64,000 nt of DNA, taken from positions 2,272,001 through 2,336,000 of the forward strand of contig OZ244561.1 of NCBI GenBank assembly GCA_965217585.1, written 5' to 3'. Shown piece by piece: positions 1-11,536 of the stretch. Below the pieces are notes generated by a model. That model saw only the letters and a program-made list of their open reading frames with translations. It was not told the DNA's origin and did no database searches. Both the position numbers and the translations under genes were made by a program. Position 1 is the stretch's first letter; every line of letters starts with the position of its first letter. The stretch is from Candidatus Latescibacterota bacterium (GTDB lineage Bacteria; Latescibacterota; UBA2968; UBA8231).

Positions 1-34
1 GACTTTCCTCGATCTGAATGCTTTGACCTGCTCG

Positions 35-2311
35 CTACATGCGCTGCTCATAGAGAAAAGGACGGCGCCAGATGCCGCCCATGTGATGCTCGTTGTGCAG
101 GCGCAGGGCTAGGGTGTAGGTGCCGGGAGACAGGGCACCGCTCAGATCGACATCCCATTCAAAGCGGTAGTCGTTGTGCCACCACATGGGACGCCAGTCG
201 CGGTGCCCCACCAAGTAGCCATCGACGTAGAGCCAAGCTTTGCCGAAGAGGCCGGGAAAGCGGATGTGGAGTGCTTGGCCGGCCTCAGCTTCGCTTATCT
301 CGATATCCGTGCGATACCAGACAAAGCCATTGTACTCGCCGCCATTGGCCGCAGCAACTCCCTGGACTTCCATGTAAAGGTCAGTGCGGAGCGGTCGCCA
401 AGACGACAGGTCGAGATCGGGACGCCCCCAGCCCTGATGCAAGCCGGCGTCGTGTGGGTCCGTGCGGAAGGTCCATTCGAGAGGGAGCTTTTGCACTAGA
501 CGGCCTTGGGGTCCGTGAGTCAGTTGGCCCAGATCCCGGTACTGATTGACCTCGCCGGTCCACCAGGGATCGCCCCGCTCTAGGCGGGTGGTGGTGAACG
601 TAGGGTGCATTTGCGTCAGGCTGTCGCGCCAAGCGAGGCCCTGTTCGCCGGCCTGTACGGCGGCTGGGTAATTTACCTGAGTGACGGCTTGGGCGACCAT
701 GTCCATGTAGTTTTGCAAAACGCCGAATCCAGCCCTGACAAAGCGCACCCGCTGGACGAATAGGTCATCGGAGGGTAAATCGGCCACTAGGGCCTCGGCC
801 TCCGCGACGCGGGGGGCCAAAGCCCGCACCAACTCTGGCGTGTACACCGTGGGGGCCAGCATGAATTCGTGCTCGTGGGACGGGGTCTGTTCCCAAGCGC
901 GGTGGATGGCCTGCCAATAGGCGCGCATGGGCGCGGCGGCTGGTCCGAAGAAGCGGGGATAGAATTCTTCCAGCACGGCTTCGACGTCCACATCGGGGTC
1001 CCAGTAGAGACGAGATCTCAAGTACAGATTGAGGAAAGTTGTGGCCATAGCGCCCCGGCTCTCGGTATCAACCCCGAGGATGCCAGCGGCGCGGTAGTGC
1101 TGGATATCTTGGCGGATGGCTTGGATGGAGGGGTTGGGGATGTCGCGCCAGACCAGCATGCCTTGATCGTAGTCGTAGATGATGAGGCGACCCTGCATGG
1201 TCTGGCTCCAGCGGTACATGACATCGCGGTACTCTTGGCTGGGTGGACAAGCGGGATCGTCCATGCCGTGGATGGGGCAAACGTCAATGGGTGCCAAGTA
1301 TGCCACCAGAGGCTCGGCGGCTACCATGCGGCGCTGGGGCGGCAAGGTGATATTGGAATAGGCCAGAAAGCCAATGCGGCGGTCGGGGAAACGGGCTTGG
1401 GTTAGCTGGGCGACGTTGTTGTACAGGGCCATGAAGGGGTCGGTGAGGGCCGGGGCCATGAAGTTCTTGTCCCATAAGCCGGCAGCCAAGAGCGAGTCGG
1501 AGGCACAGGCTAGATCGTAGAGACCATCGTCCATGCCGAGGGATACGGCTTGTGCTCCGGCGGCAAAGCGCTCCATGACCTGCGCGGCAATGTGGTGGGC
1601 CGTGGCTGGATCGGACAGGCAGATGGCCTGGGCCGAGAACCCAGCGTCCGGCAGGTCATCGACGTAGTGGCCCAAGGCGTGGCCAGCCGGTACGGACAGG
1701 TCGTTGAGCCGATTGCGCCGCATGAATTCGGCGCGACCGCTGTTGTCGCCATGCCAAGAGAGCCAGTAGCGCCGCACCTCAAAGGGCGGGGCATAGGCCA
1801 CGTCGAGGGTGTCGATGGTCAGCGTGGACTGCCGGGGGATGCTGGCACCAAAGTCCGTGGGCAAATACCAGCGGCAACCCCAGTGGTGCAGCAATTCTAT
1901 AGCGGCATAGTAGTGCGATTCGTCGTTGGTCCCGGCTAGATAGATGCGGTTGCCTTGGCGCTGGGTGATAATGGCGTCGCTGCGCAGAACGGGCCGAGGT
2001 TTTTGCAAGGCTTGCAGGCGGGGTTCTATGGATGGCTCGGCTTCGAGGGCGGCTCGGCCTACTAGGATGAGTGGGGTGGCTTCGGCTAGGGCTTGGCGCA
2101 GAGCATCGGACTGGTCAATGAGCGGCAGGCGGGCACCGCTCATTTCCTCGATATAGCGCACTAGGTCGCTGGCGGCGCGGCGCTCCCACTCGCCAGCTTC
2201 GGGGTGGACGCCAATGCGGGTTCGGCTCTGTCCTTGGTCGACGATAGTGAGCGGAGTGTCGGCCAAGGCACGGCTGAACAAGAGCAGGCATAAGGTTAGT
2301 GCGAGGCGCAT
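35..2311 (-). CDS. Secreted DUF4838-family protein with C-terminal GH2-like sugar-binding domain
   Basis: 758 aa ORF with N-terminal signal peptide (MRLALTLCLLLFSRALA). LGCRWY-like segment (WGCRWYLP) and LYWDPDVD motif typical of DUF4838 proteins. C-terminal W-x-F-R-T-D / GFVWYRT / GGIWR pattern of a galactose-binding-like domain. Confidence 0.7.
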   Translation of the reverse strand: MRLALTLCLLLFSRALADTPLTIVDQGQSRTRIGVHPEAGEWERRAASDLVRYIEEMSGARLPLIDQSDALRQALAEATPLILVGRAALEAEPSIEPRLQALQKPRPVLRSDAIITQRQGNRIYLAGTNDESHYYAAIELLHHWGCRWYLPTDFGASIPRQSTLTIDTLDVAYAPPFEVRRYWLSWHGDNSGRAEFMRRNRLNDLSVPAGHALGHYVDDLPDAGFSAQAICLSDPATAHHIAAQVMERFAAGAQAVSLGMDDGLYDLACASDSLLAAGLWDKNFMAPALTDPFMALYNNVAQLTQARFPDRRIGFLAYSNITLPPQRRMVAAEPLVAYLAPIDVCPIHGMDDPACPPSQEYRDVMYRWSQTMQGRLIIYDYDQGMLVWRDIPNPSIQAIRQDIQHYRAAGILGVDTESRGAMATTFLNLYLRSRLYWDPDVDVEAVLEEFYPRFFGPAAAPMRAYWQAIHRAWEQTPSHEHEFMLAPTVYTPELVRALAPRVAEAEALVADLPSDDLFVQRVRFVRAGFGVLQNYMDMVAQAVTQVNYPAAVQAGEQGLAWRDSLTQMHPTFTTTRLERGDPWWTGEVNQYRDLGQLTHGPQGRLVQKLPLEWTFRTDPHDAGLHQGWGRPDLDLSSWRPLRTDLYMEVQGVAAANGGEYNGFVWYRTDIEISEAEAGQALHIRFPGLFGKAWLYVDGYLVGHRDWRPMWWHNDYRFEWDVDLSGALSPGTYTLALRLHNEHHMGGIWRRPFLYEQRM

Positions 2312-2383
2312 GGTTTTCTCCTAGAGGGTTCAGACCGAAGTCTCTCGAATACCAAACGACCATCGTCGGCTTCTTTCAATCTC

Positions 2384-2953
2384 CTAGCGCCCAACCATAG
2401 CGACGAAATAGCGATGGATGCTCAAATCGCTGGTCAGTTCAGGATGGAACGAGGCGACGAGCATTTGGCCCTGGCGCGCCACGACCACATCGTCGCCGCA
2501 GGTCGCCAGCGCCTCGACCCCGTTGCCCAATCGCGCGATGCGGGGTGCGCGAATAAAGATCATCGGCAACGATCGCGGTTGTCCATCCGCCGCCCAAACG
2601 CCCGTCCCCTCAAAGCTATTGACTTGGCGGCCATAGCTGTTGCGCTCGACGTCGATGTCGATCAGGCCGAGGGACTTCTGCGGCGGGTTGGAGACGCCTT
2701 TGGCCAACAGGATCATCCCGGCGCAGGTGCCAAAAATGGGGTTGCCGGCCGCGGCGAAGTCCCTCAGCGGTGCCCAGAAAGCCCAAGAGTCCATTAGTTT
2801 GATTAGCGTCGTGCTCTCGCCGCCGGGGAAGATCAGGCCGTCAACCGTGGCCAATTGCTCCGGCTTTTTGACCACGCGGGATTCGACTGCCAAGGCGTCG
2901 AGGATCTTGCCGTGGGCCGCGTAGTCGCCCTGTAATCCCAAAATTCCAATCAT
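2384..2953 (-). CDS. pdxT: Pyridoxal 5'-phosphate synthase glutaminase subunit
   Basis: Motifs GILGLQGD, PGGESTT, FGTCAGMILL, FIRAP, SFHPEL; downstream of pdxS. Confidence 0.97.
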   Translation of the reverse strand: MIGILGLQGDYAAHGKILDALAVESRVVKKPEQLATVDGLIFPGGESTTLIKLMDSWAFWAPLRDFAAAGNPIFGTCAGMILLAKGVSNPPQKSLGLIDIDVERNSYGRQVNSFEGTGVWAADGQPRSLPMIFIRAPRIARLGNGVEALATCGDDVVVARQGQMLVASFHPELTSDLSIHRYFVAMVGR

Positions 2954-3008
2954 CGCTTATACCATAGAAGCTATCTGACAATTCCCGGCGGGTGTGCGGC
3001 GACAAAGT

Positions 3009-3037
3009 ATCCGCAGATGAACGCAGATGAGCACAGA
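3009..3037. repeat. Short decamer repeat (ccgcagatga acgcagatga gcacaga)
   Basis: Same unit family as the decamer tandem at 34816-34864. Confidence 0.6.
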
Positions 3038-3058
3038 GGCAGGGGATGACGCTTCATA

Positions 3059-3098
3059 AAATTGCCCCGTCCCTGACAGAGCAGAGACGGGGCAATTT
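3059..3098 (-). terminator. Hairpin, possible intrinsic terminator after pdxS
   Basis: Inverted repeat aaattgccccgtc ... gacggggcaattt just downstream of the pdxS stop; only a short U-tract. Confidence 0.55.
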
Positions 3099-3120
3099 CC
3101 GTTTGCATCTGTGCGGCGTC

Positions 3121-4020
3121 CTACCAGCCTCGGGTTTGTAGTTTGTCTTTCTCTTCGAGGGTGTCGATGTTGATGCCGACCATGGCCTCGCCAAGGTTTT
3201 CAGAGACGCGGATCAGGACCTCTGGGTCGTCGTAGTGGGTGGTGGCCTCGACGATGGCTTTGGCGCGGTTGGACGGATCGCCGGACTTAAAGATCCCAGA
3301 GCCGACGAAAACGGCCTCGGCGCCGAGCTGCATCATCAGCGAGGCATCAGCCGGCGTGGCGACGCCGCCGGCGGCAAAATTGGGCACCGGCAGCTTGCCG
3401 TGCTCGGCAACCCAGCAGACCAGTTCATAAGGCGCGCCGAGTTCCTTGGCCGCGGTCATTAGCTGCTCGGGACGCAAGATCGTCAACCGGCGGATCTCGT
3501 CGGTGACCGAGCGCATGTGGCGCACGGCCTCGACGATGTTGCCCGAGCCAGCCTCGCCCTTGGTGCGGATCATGGCGGCGCCCTCGCCAAGCCGCCGCAG
3601 GGCCTCGCCGAGGTTGCGGCAGCCGCAGACGAAGGGCACCTCAAAGGCGAACTTATCGACGTGATAGTGCTCGTCGGCCGGGGTCAGGACCTCGCTTTCG
3701 TCGACGTAGTCGATCCCGAGGGCTTGGAGTATCTGCGCTTCGGCAAAGTGACCAATGCGGCATTTGGCCATGACCGGAATGGAGGTGGACTCCATGATCT
3801 GGCGCAGCTTTTCTATGCTCGACATGCGCGACACCCCGCCTTCAGCGCGGATGTCGGCGGGCACTCTTTCCAGCGCCATGACCGAGGTTGCCCCAGCGTC
3901 TTCGGCGATCTTGGCTTGGTCGGCGGTGACGACGTCCATGATGACCCCGCCCTTGAGCATTTCGGCGAGGCCGGTCTTGAGGCGCAGGGTGCCAGTCTGG
4001 CCGTTTTGTATCTCGCTCAT
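3121..4020 (-). CDS. pdxS: Pyridoxal 5'-phosphate synthase lyase subunit
   Basis: Motifs [41 protein letters not shown]. Start moved to MSEIQ (4020), which follows an AAAGGAG RBS. Confidence 0.97.
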   Translation of the reverse strand: MSEIQNGQTGTLRLKTGLAEMLKGGVIMDVVTADQAKIAEDAGATSVMALERVPADIRAEGGVSRMSSIEKLRQIMESTSIPVMAKCRIGHFAEAQILQALGIDYVDESEVLTPADEHYHVDKFAFEVPFVCGCRNLGEALRRLGEGAAMIRTKGEAGSGNIVEAVRHMRSVTDEIRRLTILRPEQLMTAAKELGAPYELVCWVAEHGKLPVPNFAAGGVATPADASLMMQLGAEAVFVGSGIFKSGDPSNRAKAIVEATTHYDDPEVLIRVSENLGEAMVGINIDTLEEKDKLQTRGW

Positions 4021-4098
4021 AGCGCAATCTCCTTTAGAGTAGTTCCTTAAAAACATATTCCAAAACAGGCCCCTGCGCAATTTTTGCCCGGGGTAGAA

Positions 4099-5538
4099 TC
4101 AGGTGCCGCGCAGGCTCTGCCAATAGGTGCGGCAGAGGTCGCGGGCGAAGAGGAAGAGGGCCGCTGAGGTCGCGACACTGGCAAGGATAGCACCGACAAC
4201 GAGGACGGCGAGCGGTGCCCAAGGCAGCAGGGGGCGGGCCAGCAGGAGAACGGAGAAGACGAAGGCGACCACCAAAGCGGGGCGGCTGAGCGCGGCGAGA
4301 TAAGTTGCAAAAGGCAGGTCAATCAAGCGGTTGACGAGGTACTGCGAAAGCAGCAAGAACAGCAAGGCCGCGGCGGCGATGACGCTGGCCACGCCTTCGA
4401 CGCCGCGCGGCAGGCCATAGAGGTACAGTGCCGGGATCAGTACCCCCATGCTAAAGAGCGACCAATAAAAAGACCAATTGGCCTTGCCTTTGGCCATAAA
4501 AATCGAGCCGACCAAGGAGCCGGCTACTTTCAAAAGCGTAGCTGCGGCCAACAGGCGAAGCACCATCCACATCGGCTCGGTGTTGACCAAGGCGGCAATC
4601 TCCGGCGCAAAGACGAATATTCCCGTAAGGGCCGGACCCAGCGCTAGCACGAAGCCCTGTACCGAGGACAAATAGCCACGGCGCAGGAGCGAGTTATCGT
4701 CCACGATCGTCGAAAAGGTCGGGAAGGAGACGCGCTGGATGGTCGTCGCCAGCCGGGTCAAAGGCTGCAAGGTCAATCGTTCGGCCAAGCTGTAATAGGC
4801 TTGGGCAGTAGGCCCTAGCGGTAAGTAAATAAAGAGATAAGCGATTTTGCCATTGAGCAGGGCCACCACGCGCGAACCCGTAAGATTCAGCGCAAAGCCA
4901 AGGATTTGGTGCAGGGCTTGGGGCCGGAAGCGCAGGCGCGGAAGCCAACGAGCCGAAAGCGCGAGGCTGCTAAAAAGACCTAGCTCGCGCACGACCGAGC
5001 CGACGACCGGGACTAGGACGCCCAAGTCCGGTCGCCAGAAAAGCAGAAGCGTCACCGCGAGGGCAAAGGTCAGGACCGAAACGAGTTCGGAAAGGGCCAC
5101 GGCGCGAAAGTCGAGGGTGCGCTGTAGTCTGGCCCGCAACAGGCCCGCCAATGAGGCGAAGGGGATCGTCAAGCAGAACGTGCGCAGGACGCGGCCGAAG
5201 GTGTGCGGATCTTCGCCCCCTAAAAAAGAGGCCAACCAAGAGGACGCGGCGACGACCACGGCGGTGATCAGCAGTCCCCAACTCAAACAAGTCCAGAAGG
5301 CCGTGTCGAAGTGTTCCTCGCCCGCGTCTGGTAGCTGGACTAGGGCTGCGCCCAGACCTAAATCGCCGACCAGCGCTAGGAGCATTATCAGCGCCAGTAC
5401 CCACTCAAAACGGCCCAAGTCGTCGAGTGGCAAGAGCTTGTAGAGCACCAGCATGACGCCGAGCTGGATAACGGAAGCGCTGCCATTCCAAAGGAAACCG
5501 CGCAGGGCGCGCGTGGCCAGGGAGAGCGAGGCGCTCAC
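4099..5538 (-). CDS. Oligosaccharide flippase (Wzx/PST, MOP superfamily)
   Basis: 479 aa, about 12 hydrophobic segments, DLGLGAALVQ and RVSFPTFS motifs typical of WzxC-like flippases. Confidence 0.85.
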   Translation of the reverse strand: MSASLSLATRALRGFLWNGSASVIQLGVMLVLYKLLPLDDLGRFEWVLALIMLLALVGDLGLGAALVQLPDAGEEHFDTAFWTCLSWGLLITAVVVAASSWLASFLGGEDPHTFGRVLRTFCLTIPFASLAGLLRARLQRTLDFRAVALSELVSVLTFALAVTLLLFWRPDLGVLVPVVGSVVRELGLFSSLALSARWLPRLRFRPQALHQILGFALNLTGSRVVALLNGKIAYLFIYLPLGPTAQAYYSLAERLTLQPLTRLATTIQRVSFPTFSTIVDDNSLLRRGYLSSVQGFVLALGPALTGIFVFAPEIAALVNTEPMWMVLRLLAAATLLKVAGSLVGSIFMAKGKANWSFYWSLFSMGVLIPALYLYGLPRGVEGVASVIAAAALLFLLLSQYLVNRLIDLPFATYLAALSRPALVVAFVFSVLLLARPLLPWAPLAVLVVGAILASVATSAALFLFARDLCRTYWQSLRGT

Positions 5539-5551
5539 AGGCTAGGTAGCT

Positions 5552-7438
5552 TTACGACGCTTCGACGCACGCTTTGGCGATGCGGCCCTTCTTGCCGAAG
5601 ACGTTGACTGCCCGCGCTTCGAGCAGGTTTTCGCCCGCGGCGAGCGTCCACTCAAAGCGGGCCTCGCGCTCTTCGCGCCACGGACCGCCGTCCTGGCGCA
5701 CCAAGAAGTGCGAGAAGTTGGGCGCGGTGTGCTCTAGATCGACCTGCAGCGTACGCGCCTTTTCCGCCACCTGGAGGTAGAGCCGCGTCTGGTTGACCGA
5801 CCAGTAGAAGTCCCCGGTGCGAGAGGTCTGCAAGGAGTATTCGGCGTAGCGGGGATCGACATCGTCCGACCACCACAAATAGCCGTCCCAGTGGTACTGC
5901 CCGGAACCGTGGCGCAACTCGGCCGGCTCGGCGAAGATCAGGTGCGTGTTGCGCAGCGGAATGCCGAAGCGGCAGAAGACGTCGATATAGCTGGCCATGG
6001 GCTCGACGATCTTTTGCGGCAGCTTGTTGGCCATGATCTTTTCGCGCCGCTCGTCCGCAGCCGCCTCGTGCAGCTCCAAAGCGTTGATAGGCACGCCGTC
6101 GATTTCGTAGGTGGCGTCGAATTCGCGGGCCGGCCCGGCGTCTTCGAGGATCCACTTTTGCAACTCTTCGCACCAGACCTCGGCCAAGCAATGGTGATCG
6201 ACGACGATTGAGCGGGCCACCCACCCTAGGGACGAGGCGCAGCCGGCGAAAACCGCCCCGTAGTGGGTACACATGCCGAAGCCCCAGTCGCCCTTGGTGG
6301 TGTCGAGGACTTCGATGGGGTTCCAAGAAGGGCAGTGGGGATATTTGTCGGATTGCCAGCCCAGCCACTGGCTGTGGACCCAGTCGCGCAAAAGGGCTAG
6401 CTGTTCGAGTTCGGTTTTGCCGGCGGCGATGACCTCATCGAGGCGGTACTGTTTGCGCAGCCGCTCTTGGTGCGGGTGCAGTCCCATATAGGCAAAGGGG
6501 TACGAGCTGTACACGAGCTGGGGTTGGTCGAATTCTGCTCGCTTGAAGGGGGCGAGGCTTTGGGCGTCCTCCTCGATATCGGCTTCGAGGGTGACGGCTT
6601 GGAGCGTCGGGGTCTTGTTGGCCGCGTCGGTTGCAAGGATGGTGCGCCACTGCACAAAGCGCCCGGGCCACTGCAAGGCGGTGCACCGTTCCCAACCCGT
6701 CCAAGTGCGCGGGTCGAAGGAAGGCGTCGAACCCGTGCGTAGCTCGAAGTGTATCTGGGTCCCCTGCGGCTGGCGCATCCGCGCTTTCAGGTGCAGGCGG
6801 CGAATTCCCAGCCTCGGGGCAATGCGGCCGTTGCCGTCTTCGTCGGCGAGGTCGATAACCGGCGAGCAGAGCGTCCCTTGAGGAGGATGTCCCTTGATGC
6901 GCAGCCGTACTAGGTATTCGCCTTCGATGGCGCGGGCTTCGCCCAAGGTGCCTTGGTGCCAAGTCTTGCCGCCGTCAAAGCTGCGGCTCGAACGGCCTGA
7001 GGGCGCGTCGGCCAGACCGCCTGGGAAGGGGTCGATGTGCAACACGCCGCTGTGCGAGAAGACGAATTCGTTGGTGCCGTCTTTGAGGTATTTGGCGGCG
7101 ATTTTCTTGCGGTCCCAACCGCCGGTGAGCATGCGCTGGCGGTCTTGGCGGTGAGTGAGGACGTGGCCGTTGACTTGGAGCCGCATGGGTTTGTCGGCGG
7201 TGGATTTGTCGGCGTTGACGTAAAAGAGCAGTTCGGCTCCCTTGGTCTTGGCCGAGGGAATGTCGAATTCGACTTTTGCACAGGCGGCGGGGGTGAGTTC
7301 CTCGCAAATGTCGCCGTCAACGCCCATTTCGTTGGTGAGCATATAGGTGGGGGCGAGGCGGGCGGCGGGGGTGGTTTGGGCGTCGATGAAGCGGTCGCGG
7401 CGATAGTCGCGGAAGTCGGCGGTAGTGATGCGTTTCAT
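5552..7438 (-). CDS. Transglutaminase-like domain protein
   Basis: 628 aa; putative Cys-His-Asp triad in GMCTHYGAVF ... HHCLAEVW ... KWILED. Confidence 0.7.
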   Translation of the reverse strand: MKRITTADFRDYRRDRFIDAQTTPAARLAPTYMLTNEMGVDGDICEELTPAACAKVEFDIPSAKTKGAELLFYVNADKSTADKPMRLQVNGHVLTHRQDRQRMLTGGWDRKKIAAKYLKDGTNEFVFSHSGVLHIDPFPGGLADAPSGRSSRSFDGGKTWHQGTLGEARAIEGEYLVRLRIKGHPPQGTLCSPVIDLADEDGNGRIAPRLGIRRLHLKARMRQPQGTQIHFELRTGSTPSFDPRTWTGWERCTALQWPGRFVQWRTILATDAANKTPTLQAVTLEADIEEDAQSLAPFKRAEFDQPQLVYSSYPFAYMGLHPHQERLRKQYRLDEVIAAGKTELEQLALLRDWVHSQWLGWQSDKYPHCPSWNPIEVLDTTKGDWGFGMCTHYGAVFAGCASSLGWVARSIVVDHHCLAEVWCEELQKWILEDAGPAREFDATYEIDGVPINALELHEAAADERREKIMANKLPQKIVEPMASYIDVFCRFGIPLRNTHLIFAEPAELRHGSGQYHWDGYLWWSDDVDPRYAEYSLQTSRTGDFYWSVNQTRLYLQVAEKARTLQVDLEHTAPNFSHFLVRQDGGPWREEREARFEWTLAAGENLLEARAVNVFGKKGRIAKACVEAS

Positions 7439-7599
7439 GGTAGGCTCCTGAGTGGGGGTCTAGGCGGGGAATGTATGAGGTGATATAGGCTGGGGCAAAC
7501 TTGGGGTGCCGCATTGATTTTTTGACAAGTGAGCGATGATCGAAAAAGTGCTTGACCTTTGGGAGAGTTCACATATTTTCTGCATCGAATGTAACCGTG

Positions 7600-7608
7600 T
7601 GATATAAT
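7600..7608 (+). promoter_or_regulatory. Extended -10 promoter element (TGnTATAAT)
   Basis: tgatataat lies about 190 nt upstream of the 7802 start in a divergent intergenic region; TTGAC hexamers occur further upstream. Confidence 0.5.
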
Positions 7609-7644
7609 TAGGCATAGTCATGCCGACACGGACGCAAACCGAAA

Positions 7645-7762
7645 TTACAGGACCCTATCCCGATAAAAACGTTTAGCATCAGTCGAGAGGCGCTGAGATG
7701 GAGCCTTTTTCGAGGGTGAGACACCCTCGCTCTTAAGGTTGTTTTCTGTGCACAAGGGACGG
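7645..7762 (+). ncRNA. Candidate structured 5' leader RNA (unassigned)
   Basis: Hand-folded three-way junction: tccc/ggga plus aaaac/gtttt closing stem; ttagc..gtc-GAGA-ggc..gctga arm; agcctt..cgagggtg-aga-caccctcg..aaggtt arm. Confidence 0.45.
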
Positions 7763-7801
7763 CACGAGGAATTTTAAAACGGACTCTAAGGAGTTAAAGC
7801 A

Positions 7802-9859
<2,058 letters not shown>

Positions 9860-10035
9860 GGGGGATGGTGGCGTGGCCGCTGGCAAGGCCAATCTAGCCG
9901 CTGAGCATGGAGCCGATGTAGCCATCCCCATCTCATCGCTGGCCAGTCGCTGAACCTACCACGACACCAATATACGCTCGATCTCAAGCGCAGGTAGGTA
10001 AACCAAGCCCATCCAACGCCCTGTTCCACACGACG

Positions 10036-10072
10036 ACAGCCCAGACCGCTTTGAGTGGTCTGGGCTGTTTTT
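10036..10072 (+). terminator. Rho-independent terminator
   Basis: acagcccagacc-gctttgagt-ggtctgggctgt followed by a T-run, between convergent genes. Confidence 0.85.
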
Positions 10073-10095
10073 GTAGATGCGCTAGCCGCAAAAGA

Positions 10096-10436
10096 TCAGT
10101 GAGCGCAAGTAAGGTAATCACTCAGCTTTCTCAATAGACGTTTGTGCCGTTCGGCCGAGATGGAACCCATAGAGCCAAGTACGCTATGACGCGGTAACAC
10201 AGCGAGAAAGCCAAGTCGAATCAGAGATGTTGATCGCAGACCACTCGACTTGAAATCCTCGTCGGCAGAAGAAATAATTTCGTCAAAGTTCTCGACATAC
10301 TGAGGTAACTGTGTGCTTACACCGCAAACGAGCAAATCGCGATAGGGCGGCATTTCCCGTAGGAAAATGGCAGGTCTGTTCTTTAGTCTCCATCGGCCTG
10401 AGGCACTGGTGTAATAACGACGTCACCTTCCTTCAT
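10096..10436 (-). pseudogene. PemK/MazF-family toxin, frameshifted
   Basis: ATG at 10436 reads MKEGDVVITPVPQADGD*. The adjacent frame continues LKNRPAIFLREMPPYRDLLVCGVST...SGLRSTSLIR. The span is 341 nt, one base short of an intact 113-aa ORF. Confidence 0.85.
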
Positions 10437-10671
10437 AGTCGGGATTCACCTCTTTGAGCAACTCCGATGAATACTCAGGTTCGTTCTCGCCGTAGGCATC
10501 TTTTAGTCTTTGACCGGATAAATGCAACCAAGCTGCATACTCACTGTCAGATTCTCGTCCTGGTAGAATAGTGACAATCAGTTTCGCATTCGGTTCTAGG
10601 TCAAATGGCTCATCCAAGCAAATGCGCTCCCCGTCAAAATGGGCGGGCACAGCTATCATGGGCATAGTCAA
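10423..10671 (-). CDS. Putative antitoxin of the PemK/MazF pair
   Basis: 82 aa with acidic C-terminus (AYGENEPEYS); overlaps the toxin start; lower GC than the flanks. Confidence 0.7.
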   Translation of the reverse strand: MTMPMIAVPAHFDGERICLDEPFDLEPNAKLIVTILPGRESDSEYAAWLHLSGQRLKDAYGENEPEYSSELLKEVNPDYEGR

Positions 10672-10765
10672 TTCCTCCTTAGCCTAGAAAATAGGGAATT
10701 CCTTTTAGATATCGCAGGTAAAACGCTCAAAACTTGACAGCTTCTACGGAGTCCCACGCCCAAAT

Positions 10766-11536
10766 TCAGCCGAGAAGGCCCTCAACGTATTGGCGCGCGG
10801 CAATGGCCGCCGGGAGTGGCGCGTCCCAATCGACGTCTTCAAGCTCGACGACGAGGGGGGCGTCGTAATTGCTATCCATTAACAGCTCTAACAACTCCGC
10901 AAAGGGCAGTTCGCCTTCCCCGAAGGGCACGGGCTTTTCGCCCTGCTGGTCGCGCAGGTGGACGAGACCAATGCGCCCGGCGAGCGCTTCGGCAAAGGGC
11001 ATAATCGGCTCGCCGACCGAGAGCAGGTGGCCGGTGTCCAAGAGCACGCGCGCCCGTTCGGGCAGCTCGGGCATCACCGCTTGGTAGTCAGCCAGTCCTT
11101 GGAGGCGGTTGCCTTGGTGATTGCCCAAGTTGAGGGCGATATCGGGGATGTTGTCGAGGAGCGTGTTGACGCCTTCGATGAGGTCGGCGCACGCCTCGTC
11201 CGTGCGGGCACCGCCCTTCGTGTTCAGGGTTTTGATGCCAAGGGCGCGGCCCAAGTGGATGTCCCATTCGAGCTGGCGCAGGTTGTAGGCGAGGTTGCGC
11301 TCGTCGGAATCGGCTTTGCGGCCGGTGAGGTTGCGGATGTTGAAACCGGCAAGCTGTAGGCTGGCGTCCGCAATGGCGGTGCGGACCATTGGCACAGACC
11401 AGTCGTGGTGGACGGGGGTGCTTTCGGTATAAGCGCGGAAGAGTTCAAGGCGGGAGAAGCCGGCCGTCTTGGCAAGGTCGAGCACCTCGGGCAAGAGAAG
11501 GTCTGGGCAGAGGGTCGGGCTGAAGACGAGGGGCAT
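10766..11536 (-). CDS. Sugar phosphate isomerase/epimerase (xylose-isomerase-like TIM barrel)
   Basis: LDTGH, VHLRD, PFGEG and VVELE metal-binding motifs; start taken at MPLVFS. Confidence 0.85.
   Translation of the reverse strand: MPLVFSPTLCPDLLLPEVLDLAKTAGFSRLELFRAYTESTPVHHDWSVPMVRTAIADASLQLAGFNIRNLTGRKADSDERNLAYNLRQLEWDIHLGRALGIKTLNTKGGARTDEACADLIEGVNTLLDNIPDIALNLGNHQGNRLQGLADYQAVMPELPERARVLLDTGHLLSVGEPIMPFAEALAGRIGLVHLRDQQGEKPVPFGEGELPFAELLELLMDSNYDAPLVVELEDVDWDAPLPAAIAARQYVEGLLG

Noticed and set aside
7625-7650. c-di-GMP-I riboswitch suggested by ggacgcaaa
   Set aside because: The upstream GGCAAA-stem-GAAA P2 arm and the P3 receptor are not present.
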